From contig CAJXBJ010000003.1 of assembly GCA_913050195.1 (NCBI GenBank), forward strand, positions 1 to 52,355: 52,355 nt of DNA. The letters run 5' to 3'. This DNA comes from an uncultured Saprospirales bacterium (lineage in GTDB: Bacteria > Bacteroidota > Bacteroidia > Chitinophagales > CAJXBJ01). The position numbers were made by a program, and so were the translations under genes. Position 1 is the first letter of the stretch, and each line of letters starts with the position of its first letter. This document shows positions 45,173 to 52,355 of the stretch, one piece after another. The notes beneath the pieces were generated by a model, which did not search any database, was not told the DNA's origin, and saw only the letters and a program-made list of their open reading frames with translations.

Positions 45173-45202
45173 AATAAAGTATTGTTAAATAAAAAAAATA
45201 AG

Positions 45203-46267
45203 ATGTTTAAATTAAAATCCTTTACAATTTTAGCGTTTTGCGCAGGTATCTTGGCATTTCAGTCTTGTAAAAAAGACAACAATGATTATGACGTACCAAC
45301 TACTTACAATTTTACTAATGTTAGCTACAGTGGACAAACTGAAAGATTAGATATGCTAGCAGAACTTGAGACGTATATGAAGACCTCAAATACTTCTGGA
45401 ACTGCCGTTGAAGCAGCTACAATGAAAGCAATGTATGCAAATGATGGTCACACATGGACAGAGTCTGCATTAAATAGTTCTACTAAAGATCTTAAAAGTA
45501 AAAGTTTTGAAATTGCTCAGGCAGAGATAGAAGCTAGTATGGATGCACTTGCTGCAGCAAGTCAATCAACAACAGCTGGTTCTAAGGGTACAGCAGGAGT
45601 TGTAGAAAGTAATGATGGTGCGAAAGCATATCTATTTGATGAAAATGGTATTGAGCATACTCAGCTTATTGCTAAAGGTATAATGGGAGCTTGTTTATAT
45701 TATCAAATGACTTCTGTGTACACTGGAACAGATAAGATGAATGTAGACAATGAAACAGTTGAAGAAGGTAAAGGCACTGAGATGGAGCATCATTGGGATG
45801 AAGCATTTGGCTATTACGGCGCGCCAATTGACTTTACGAATGCTACTACAACTGGATACAGATATTGGGCAAAATACTCTTTTAAAGGAGACGCTGATCA
45901 TGATCTAATCAACAAAGTTATGACTGCCTTCATCAAAGGTAGAGCTGCTATTTCTAATGATGATCTTGACACTAGAGATGCTCAAATCACAGAGCTAAGA
46001 GCTCAGTTAGAAATGGTATCTGCAACTACAGCAATTTATTATTTAGAAAGTGCGAAAGCTGATTTAGCTGACGATGCGCTTAGAAATCACCAACTTTCTG
46101 AAGCTCATGCGTTTATAAAAGCACTTGAGTATAATGTTGATAAAACTATTAGTTCAGCTCAAATTACTACTGTGTTAGGTCACTTAGGCACAAACTTTTA
46201 TGATGTTTCTGCTAGTAACATCGATGCAGCAGTTGCCGAGTTAAAAACAATCTATGGAATTCAGTAA
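45203..46267 (+). CDS. DUF4856-like lipoprotein with an HxxE motif (imelysin/EfeM-related)
   Basis: The in-frame ATG at 45203 gives a lipoprotein signal, MFKLKSFTILAFCAGILAFQSC; the track start at 45122 is a TTG-type extension. It contains EMEHHWDEAFGYYGAP (HxxE). Confidence 0.65.
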   Translation: MFKLKSFTILAFCAGILAFQSCKKDNNDYDVPTTYNFTNVSYSGQTERLDMLAELETYMKTSNTSGTAVEAATMKAMYANDGHTWTESALNSSTKDLKSKSFEIAQAEIEASMDALAAASQSTTAGSKGTAGVVESNDGAKAYLFDENGIEHTQLIAKGIMGACLYYQMTSVYTGTDKMNVDNETVEEGKGTEMEHHWDEAFGYYGAPIDFTNATTTGYRYWAKYSFKGDADHDLINKVMTAFIKGRAAISNDDLDTRDAQITELRAQLEMVSATTAIYYLESAKADLADDALRNHQLSEAHAFIKALEYNVDKTISSAQITTVLGHLGTNFYDVSASNIDAAVAELKTIYGIQ

Positions 46268-47393
46268 TAGCTACTTATATAAAATCTATTCCATATCCGC
46301 CATCCTACTCACACTTTTTGTGTGGGTAGGATGCCGTGGTAAGGATAATCCTGAACCTGGCAATACAGTTGATAAGGCTGCAATAATGTCAAATATTGGT
46401 GAGGAATTAATCTTGCCTAGATATGATAATATGATAATTGATTTTAATGCTCTGAAAGCTTCGGGTGATGCTTTTATTAATAGTGTCGATGTTAGCACGC
46501 TTGAGAGTTTAAGAGTCTCTTTTATTTCAGCATATAAATCATGGCAACATGTTTCAGTATTTGAGTTTGGTCCTGCTGAGAGTAAAACCTTAAAGGCTAT
46601 AATGAATACCTTTCCGACAGATACTGCTCAGATAAACTCTAATATGGCCTCTGGGGTATATAATTTAGAAGCAGCTTCAAATCTGGATGCAATTGGTTTT
46701 CCAGCAATTGATTTTCTGATATATGGTACTGGTACAAATAGTTCAGAAGTCGTGAGTTATTTTAGTGATTCTTCCTTAGGTCAGTCACGTAGACAGTATT
46801 TGAATGATTTATTGGAGCTTATGAATAGCTATTTTACCGAGGTTCAAAATGGATGGCTTTCGAGTGGGGGGAATTATATTACGACCTTCAAAGAAAGTCA
46901 AGGAACTGAGGCCGGAAGTTCAATAAGTTTACTTGTAAATAATTTGAATAAGGATTTTGAAATAATCAAAAATGCTCGAGTTGGCATTCCTTTAGGAAAA
47001 AAGACATTGGATGTACCTCTTCCTTATAAAACTGAAGCATATTATTCAGGTCGTTCTCTTGAGCTAGCTATAGAGAGTTTAAGATCATTAAAGCTTTTAT
47101 ATGCGGGAATAAGTAATTCAGGCGTTGATGGTGATGGTTTAGATGACTATATCAAAGGCTTAGAAAATGAAGGTGTTGTTCAAGGGCTTCATGACGATAT
47201 ATGGAGTGGTTTTGAATCAATACAAACAAAAATGGAGAGTATACCAGATCCTTTAAGTGATCAAATAATAAATAATTCTTCTGATGTAAATGACCTTTAC
47301 AGCTTGATACTACAACAATTAGTCCGCATAAAGACGGATATGCCTTCAGCAATGGGTGTATTAATTACGTATCAAGATAACGATGGTGACTAA
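46254..47393 (+). CDS. Imelysin-family (peptidase M75-like) lipoprotein, HxxE-less variant
   Basis: Lipobox FVWVGC and an imelysin-like block, ..FISAYKSWQHVSVFEFGPAE... The protein has only two His residues and no HxxE. It overlaps the upstream gene by 14 nt. Confidence 0.65.
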   Translation: MEFSNSYLYKIYSISAILLTLFVWVGCRGKDNPEPGNTVDKAAIMSNIGEELILPRYDNMIIDFNALKASGDAFINSVDVSTLESLRVSFISAYKSWQHVSVFEFGPAESKTLKAIMNTFPTDTAQINSNMASGVYNLEAASNLDAIGFPAIDFLIYGTGTNSSEVVSYFSDSSLGQSRRQYLNDLLELMNSYFTEVQNGWLSSGGNYITTFKESQGTEAGSSISLLVNNLNKDFEIIKNARVGIPLGKKTLDVPLPYKTEAYYSGRSLELAIESLRSLKLLYAGISNSGVDGDGLDDYIKGLENEGVVQGLHDDIWSGFESIQTKMESIPDPLSDQIINNSSDVNDLYSLILQQLVRIKTDMPSAMGVLITYQDNDGD

Positions 47394-48732
47394 ATGGGAT
47401 AGAAAGAATTCTATAGCACCTTTGATTGTCTTTAGGATGATTTTTGGTGCTATAATGTTTATTAGTATCCTTAGGTTTTTGATTAAAGGTTGGGTTCATG
47501 AAAATTTCATTGAACCCAATTTTCATTTTAAATACTACGGTTTTGAGTGGATAGAGCCTTTAGGGCCTATAGGGATGTATTTAGTTTTTGCAGGACTTTT
47601 AATATGCTCATTTAATATTTTAGTGGGTTTTTATTATCGCACTTCAGTAGTGCTTTTTTTTCTTGGATTTACCTATGTTGAGTTAATTGATATAACCTAT
47701 TATCTCAATCATTATTATTTTATAAGCTTAATTGCTTTTTTAATGATATTTATGCCTGCTGATCGAGCTTTTTCCTTGTACGTTTATCAAAGGCCAAAGC
47801 AAAAAATTAATTATATACCATATGGATATATATTGGCTTTACAGCTAATGATTTCAATTCTGTATATACATGCTGGTTTAGCTAAGTTAAATTATGATTG
47901 GATGTTTCGAGCAATGCCCCTATCTATATGGCTTCCTTCTCATTCACATATGCCATTAATAGGTTCTTTCTTTGCTTTAAAGGAAGCTGCATATGTTTTT
48001 AGTTGGATTGGTTGTCTGTTTGATGTTTTTATTGTTGCATTCTTGTTAAATAAAGGGACGAGAGTTTGGGCGTATATTGTACTGACTATATTTCACCTAT
48101 TTACTGCTTTGTTATTTCAAATAGGTATGTTTCCGTATGTTATGATATTGCTTACATTAATTTTCTTTAAGGATCGTTTGCATGAAAGAATAATATATTA
48201 CATCTCTATCTTTTTGCCTAAAAAATCAACTAATGGGGTTAAAGAAGATGCTTTAATATTTAAACTTCCATCCTTAACTAAATATGTTTTTTTGTTGTTT
48301 TTTATATTTCAGTTTATAATGCCATGGAGATTTATTTTATATCCTGGTAATTTATTTTGGACTGAGCAGGGATACAACTTTTCATGGAGAGTAATGTTAA
48401 TGGAAAAGTCAGGCCATGCCACCTTTCATGTTCAACAAGAAGGTATTAAAGGTTCGATAGAGGTAGAAAATAGTACTTTCTTAACCCCAATTCAAGAAAA
48501 GATGATGTCAACGCAGCCAGATTTAATACTACAGTTTGCCCGTTATTTGAGTGCGTATTATAAGGATTATGAAGTTTTGGATTCTTTGGTTATAAAGAAG
48601 CCAGTGATTACTGCAGATGTTTTTGTGAGTCTAAATGGAAGAAAAAACAAGAGATTTATTGATCCAACAGTTAATTTAGCGGCCGTGGAAAATAATCTAT
48701 TGCATAAAAAATGGATTTTGCCTTTTGAGTGA
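47383..48732 (+). CDS. HTTM-domain integral membrane protein (vitamin K-dependent gamma-carboxylase-like)
   Basis: N-terminal IAPLIVFRMIFGAIMFISILRF..., a polytopic first ~270 aa and a soluble C-terminal ~170 aa. It overlaps the imelysin gene by 11 nt. Confidence 0.7.
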   Translation: MVTKWDRKNSIAPLIVFRMIFGAIMFISILRFLIKGWVHENFIEPNFHFKYYGFEWIEPLGPIGMYLVFAGLLICSFNILVGFYYRTSVVLFFLGFTYVELIDITYYLNHYYFISLIAFLMIFMPADRAFSLYVYQRPKQKINYIPYGYILALQLMISILYIHAGLAKLNYDWMFRAMPLSIWLPSHSHMPLIGSFFALKEAAYVFSWIGCLFDVFIVAFLLNKGTRVWAYIVLTIFHLFTALLFQIGMFPYVMILLTLIFFKDRLHERIIYYISIFLPKKSTNGVKEDALIFKLPSLTKYVFLLFFIFQFIMPWRFILYPGNLFWTEQGYNFSWRVMLMEKSGHATFHVQQEGIKGSIEVENSTFLTPIQEKMMSTQPDLILQFARYLSAYYKDYEVLDSLVIKKPVITADVFVSLNGRKNKRFIDPTVNLAAVENNLLHKKWILPFE

Positions 48733-51169
48733 TTTAGTAATAAATAGGGTCTTTAAGTTATTATTTCTATTAACCTTTTTAATATCAAGTAAAGGTTTAT
48801 ATATATATTCTCAAAATACAGAAATAGAAGGATTTGTAAAAGATATAAAAGGAGAAAAAATTGAGGGCGTTCAGGTTCTTTTGTTGCCAGGAGAATATAA
48901 TTCTATTACTGATAAAAACGGTTTGTTTTCATTAAGTGCTATTCCTTATGGGACTTATAAAGTGAAGTTTTTTTTAGTAGGCTATGAAACAATAAATGAG
49001 TCTATTACTTTAAGTCATAGTTTTCAAAAGATGGATATTACCTTGACCTCAGAAGAGAGACAAATGGCTACATTGCAGGTTGAAAGTGCAAGAAGTGATC
49101 AGTTTACTATTAGACGCTTAAGGGCAGTGGATGGTACATCAATATATGCTTCAAAAAAAAATGAATTGGTTTACGTAGATGATTTGCTGGCTAATAAAGC
49201 ACTAAATAATGGTCGACAGATTTTTGCTAAAGTAGCAGGCCTTAATATTTGGGAGTCTGGAGAAGGAGGTATTCAATTAGGTATTGGTGGACGAGGTTTA
49301 AGTCCAAAACGAACTACTAATTTTAATACAAGGCAAAATGGTTATGATATGAGTGCAGATGCGCTTGGTTATCCAGAATCTTATTATACGCCGTGTATGG
49401 AAAGTGTTGAGCGCATTGAAATTATACGTGGTGCTGCATCACTTCAATATGGAACACAGTTTGGTGGCCTTCTTAATTTTATTATGAAGAAGGGTGAAGA
49501 AGATAAGCCATTAGTTTTTGAATCAAAGCAAACTATAGGGAGCTATGGTTTGTTTAATAGCTTTAATAGAATAGGGGGCACAAAAGGAAAGTTTCAATAT
49601 TTTCTAAGTCATCAATTTAAGATGGGCGATAGTTGGAGGCCAAATGGATCATTTGAATTGCAAAATATTTATACTAGTGTCTATTATAAATTGAAAGAAA
49701 ACAGTCATGTAGGATTAGAATATACGAAGTACTTTTATGATGCACAGCAGCCTGGTGGCTTAACGGATATTTTATTTAATCAAGATGCTTCTCAATCAAT
49801 TAGGGAGCGTAATTGGTTTAGTATTGATTGGAATATGTTAGCCTTAAATTTTGATTATGTTTTTAATAATGATGATAAATTAAATTCGCGATTTTTTGCT
49901 TTAAGTGCTAGTAGAAAATCTGTTGGATTTTTGGGTTTAATTTCAAGAACCGATCCATTGGATGAGAGGGATCTCATTATTGGAGATTATTTAAATGTCG
50001 GTAATGAAACTAGATGGATGCAAAAATATTCTTTTGGCAACATAATGGGTACTTTCTTGCTTGGTGGAAGGTTTTATACAGGCGAGACAAGAAGTCGGCA
50101 AGGATTGGGTGATTCAGGTTATGGCGCTAATTATGCTTTCTTAAACCCAAATGATTTGGAGGGTTCAGACTATTTTTTTCCATCCTTTAATACTTCTTTT
50201 TTTGTTGAGAATTATCTCTCTATCAATGATAAATGGTCTATAACCCCCGGTATTCGTTATGAGCATATTTATACTGGTTCTCAAGGGTACTTCAAATTGA
50301 TGAATAAAGATTTAGCTGGTAATATAATTTATGAAAATAACCTTACAGATACATTTAGTAGGAAGAGAGATTTAGTGCTTTTTGGTGTTGGTTCTAGTTT
50401 TAAACATAATGGGGCAGAAATATATGGTAATTTCAGTCAAAATTATAGGGCGATAAATTTTACTGATTTAAGAGTAAACAACCCTAATTTGGAGGTGGAT
50501 ACTAATATTCAGGATGAAAGGGGGTTTAACGTAGATTTGGGCTTTAGAGGTATTTTTAAAAATGTAATTAATTATGACTTATCATTTTTTATGCTCTTTT
50601 ATAAAGACCGTATTGGGGCCGTTTATAGGGTAGATAGTGCTACTTATCGACTTTATCAGTACAGAACAAATGTAGCGGACTCAAGAAACATTGGTGTTGA
50701 AAGTTTATTTGAAATTGATATTTTGAAGCTTTTAAATAAAACTTATGATAAGTTTCAAGTTCTTTGGTTTCATAATATCTCAGTTATTGATGCAAAATAT
50801 ATAAATTCAAAGGAGTCAGCAGTAGATCAACGAAGAGTAGAGCTAGTGCCTAGCTTTAATTATAAAACAGGCATTAATTTGAGCTATAAAAAGTTAAGCT
50901 CATCGATACAATATGGTTATGTTTCAAAGCAATACACTGATGCAACCAATGCTGTTTTCACATCCTCTGCAGTTAGTGGTATAATTCCGTCATATCAAAT
51001 TGTTGATATATCAATAGCCTACTCGATGAATAAGTTAAAGGCAGAGCTTGGTTTAAATAATGCGTTAAATGAAATTTACTTTACAAGAAGAGCTACAGCA
51101 TATCCAGGTCCAGGCATTATTCCATCAGATCCTAGGGTTTTTTACTTAACGTTATCCTGTAAGTTATAG
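48725..51169 (+). CDS. TonB-dependent outer-membrane receptor with an N-terminal CarboxypepD_reg-like domain
   Basis: IEGFVKD..GVQVLL..TDKNGLFSL..GTYKVKFFLVGYE, the plug block IEIIRGAASLQYGTQFGGLLNFIMK and a long beta-barrel. TTG start overlapping the HTTM stop by 8 nt. Confidence 0.85.
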   Translation: MSDLVINRVFKLLFLLTFLISSKGLYIYSQNTEIEGFVKDIKGEKIEGVQVLLLPGEYNSITDKNGLFSLSAIPYGTYKVKFFLVGYETINESITLSHSFQKMDITLTSEERQMATLQVESARSDQFTIRRLRAVDGTSIYASKKNELVYVDDLLANKALNNGRQIFAKVAGLNIWESGEGGIQLGIGGRGLSPKRTTNFNTRQNGYDMSADALGYPESYYTPCMESVERIEIIRGAASLQYGTQFGGLLNFIMKKGEEDKPLVFESKQTIGSYGLFNSFNRIGGTKGKFQYFLSHQFKMGDSWRPNGSFELQNIYTSVYYKLKENSHVGLEYTKYFYDAQQPGGLTDILFNQDASQSIRERNWFSIDWNMLALNFDYVFNNDDKLNSRFFALSASRKSVGFLGLISRTDPLDERDLIIGDYLNVGNETRWMQKYSFGNIMGTFLLGGRFYTGETRSRQGLGDSGYGANYAFLNPNDLEGSDYFFPSFNTSFFVENYLSINDKWSITPGIRYEHIYTGSQGYFKLMNKDLAGNIIYENNLTDTFSRKRDLVLFGVGSSFKHNGAEIYGNFSQNYRAINFTDLRVNNPNLEVDTNIQDERGFNVDLGFRGIFKNVINYDLSFFMLFYKDRIGAVYRVDSATYRLYQYRTNVADSRNIGVESLFEIDILKLLNKTYDKFQVLWFHNISVIDAKYINSKESAVDQRRVELVPSFNYKTGINLSYKKLSSSIQYGYVSKQYTDATNAVFTSSAVSGIIPSYQIVDISIAYSMNKLKAELGLNNALNEIYFTRRATAYPGPGIIPSDPRVFYLTLSCKL

Positions 51170-51181
51170 AAGCCAGACTTT

Positions 51182-51703
51182 CTAAGCTCCTGCATTATCT
51201 TGAGCAGCACTTATAACATTCATTTGTTCTATATCCCTATCAAACATATATAATGCTGCGTTATCAGTTCCAATGAGCCTTATCTTATCCATTATTGTGC
51301 GCGCTAGAGCTTCTTCCTCTATTTGCTCGGACACATACCATTGTAAGAAGTTATGAGTTGTATAATCTCTTTCTTTCAAACAAATTTCTACTAAACTATT
51401 AATCTCATTTGTTACATGAACTTCATGCTTTAGAAGGTTATCAAAAACATCCTTAACCGATTTATAGCTAACAGGTGGTTTCTTAAGTGCTGGTATTACT
51501 GCTTTTCCTCCTCTCTCATTCACAAACTTAATAAGTTTCAACATGTGTTGACGCTCTTCATCAGAATGAATATACATGAAATTTGCAATTCCTCCATAGC
51601 CCTCACATTCAGCCCATGATGCCATTGCTAAATATACCTGAGAAGAATAGGCCTCTAATTCAATTTGATGGTTAAGAGCTTTGTCAATTCTTTTTGCTAA
51701 CAT
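51182..51703 (-). CDS. ftnA: Non-haem bacterial ferritin
   Basis: Di-iron ligand blocks LEAYSSQVYLAMASW, SDEERQHMLKLIKFVNERGG and LKHEVHVTNE; 173 aa. Confidence 0.88.
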   Translation of the reverse strand: MLAKRIDKALNHQIELEAYSSQVYLAMASWAECEGYGGIANFMYIHSDEERQHMLKLIKFVNERGGKAVIPALKKPPVSYKSVKDVFDNLLKHEVHVTNEINSLVEICLKERDYTTHNFLQWYVSEQIEEEALARTIMDKIRLIGTDNAALYMFDRDIEQMNVISAAQDNAGA

Positions 51704-51709
51704 AACTTT

Positions 51710-51738
51710 TTAATTTTGTGATTCTGTTAATCAAAAAT
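51710..51738. promoter_or_regulatory. Fur-box-like 7-1-7 palindrome flanked by two face-to-face -7 boxes (ferritin / right-hand gene divergent region)
   Basis: TGATTCTGTTAATCA at 51718-51732 (arms TGATT/AATCA) matches 10 of 14 defined positions of TGATAATnATTATCA. TAATTTTG lies at 51710-51717 on the plus strand and TATTTTTG at 51738-51731 on the minus strand. Confidence 0.35.
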
Positions 51739-51772
51739 AAATCATATTTGTGAAATAAACAGCAATAGGGTT

Positions 51773-52355
51773 ATGAAAATAGGTATTATAAAGGAGGGAA
51801 AGGTTCCACAAGATAGAAGAGTTCCTTTTACGCCAAAACAATGTAAGATTATTCAGGAGAAGTATTTGAATCTAGAGATTAAGGTTCAAAAAAGCGATAT
51901 CCGATGTTATAGAGATAGTGAATATGAAGCTGAAGGGGTTGAATTAGTAGATTCTATAGCCGATTGTGATATATTGTTTGGGGTAAAGGAAGTCCCTATT
52001 GAACAGCTAATACCCAATAAGACCTATTTGTACTTCTCACACACACATAAGCTCCAAGAATATAACCAAAAGCTAATAAGGGCCAATATTGATAAAAATA
52101 TTCGACTGATAGATTATGAATGCCTTTTGAAGCCAAACGGACAACGGGTTTTGGGTTTTGGTCGGTTTGCAGGTCTTGTTGGGGCTTATAATGCTTTTTT
52201 GGCTTATGGTAAAAAATTTAAAACCTATGATTTAAGGCCAGCTAATCAATGTCATGACTTGGAGGATATGATGGGTCAATTGAAAGAGGTGATTTTAAAA
52301 AAAGAAAAGATTGTCCTTACAGGTAAAGGACGTGTTGCTAGAGGAGCTAAGGAGA
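51773..52355 (+). CDS. Alanine dehydrogenase/PNT-fold protein, saccharopine dehydrogenase (lysine-ketoglutarate reductase)-like. N-terminal part only; it runs off the right edge.
   Basis: Not in the ORF track because there is no in-window stop. The ATG at 51773 gives MKIGIIKEGKVPQDRRVPFTPKQC..ADCDILFGVKEVP..YLYFSHTHK.., which is open to 52355. Confidence 0.65.
   Translation, partial: MKIGIIKEGKVPQDRRVPFTPKQCKIIQEKYLNLEIKVQKSDIRCYRDSEYEAEGVELVDSIADCDILFGVKEVPIEQLIPNKTYLYFSHTHKLQEYNQKLIRANIDKNIRLIDYECLLKPNGQRVLGFGRFAGLVGAYNAFLAYGKKFKTYDLRPANQCHDLEDMMGQLKEVILKKEKIVLTGKGRVARGAKE

Noticed and set aside
4421-45202. N-terminal extensions in the track: TTG at 4421, TTG at 7457, TTG at 16607, the 24725 start, and the 45122 start
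   Set aside because: Downstream in-frame ATGs (4469, 7484, 16634, 24707 and 45203) give proper signal peptides or lipoboxes, or avoid overlapping a terminator or the upstream gene. The extensions add implausible leader residues.
7162-47352. Antisense or out-of-frame track ORFs nested in longer genes: 7162-7368, 11314-11514, 11679-11894, 12369-12731, 13944-14234, 15099-15335, 15773-15970, 18553-18744, 19753-19980, 20237-20491, 24514-24741, 26001-26228, 26008-26205, 31971-32210, 34755-34946, 37329-37616, 38412-38672, 43782-43970, 45695-45901, 46286-46498 and 47152-47352
   Set aside because: Each is fully or almost fully contained in a much longer ORF that has clear family motifs. Their translations are low-complexity with no recognisable motifs. 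The 26001/26008 pair sits on the Asn/Gly-rich linker of the CUB protein. ORF 34755-34946 spans a terminator hairpin.
1-52355. Anti-phage defence systems, toxin-antitoxin pairs, retrons, DGRs, prophage or IS elements
   Set aside because: No reverse transcriptase, nuclease/helicase/ATPase defence-type pairs, small adjacent TA-like ORF pairs, terminal inverted repeats or phage structural genes were recognisable. Every ORF over 140 aa is accounted for by a housekeeping, surface or metabolic assignment, or is a lone hypothetical.

Overview
This is an AT-rich, very densely coding chromosomal segment. The largest non-coding gap is about 160 nt. I assign it to Bacteroidota, probably Flavobacteriia-like, on three grounds: five proteins end in type-A T9SS sorting domains (..PNP..), one ends in a type-B gliding-motility C-terminal domain, and TAnnTTTG -7 boxes sit upstream of several operons. 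I saw no rRNA, CRISPR, transposase, integrase, prophage or recognisable defence module.

Content from left to right:
- A giant PKD-repeat surface protein on the minus strand. It is absent from the supplied ORF track because it runs off the left edge.
- An OmpA-family protein.
- A small polysaccharide cassette: oxidoreductase, flippase and CapD-like dehydratase.
- murQ and an S41 C-terminal processing peptidase.
- An era-der GTPase operon.
- An initiator tRNA-Met, also not in the track.
- A DCC-type thiol oxidoreductase.
- An operon of a GTDC1/QTMAN-like glycosyltransferase, an FNR-like reductase and a T9SS cargo protein.
- A GMC oxidoreductase whose FAD-binding motif lies upstream of its first canonical start codon.
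- Three adjacent giant T9SS adhesin-like proteins: LamG-like/PKD, 8 x CUB, and a 7-blade FG-GAP/SprB/PKD protein.
- PPK2 plus a small HAD-like protein.
- A complete cyanophycin module (cphA, cphB, isoaspartyl peptidase) next to an orphan LuxR-type response regulator.
- An iron block: an FbpABC-like transporter, a translationally coupled DUF4856 / imelysin / HTTM (vitamin-K carboxylase-like) / TonB-dependent receptor operon, and ferritin behind a Fur-box-like palindrome.
- A partial alanine-dehydrogenase/saccharopine-dehydrogenase-like gene at the right edge.

The best candidates for something undescribed are (i) the DUF4856-imelysin-HTTM-TBDR operon, (ii) the bacterial GTDC1/QTMAN orthologue and (iii) the 8 x CUB T9SS protein. 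All family assignments rest on motif recognition by eye and need HMM or BLAST confirmation.
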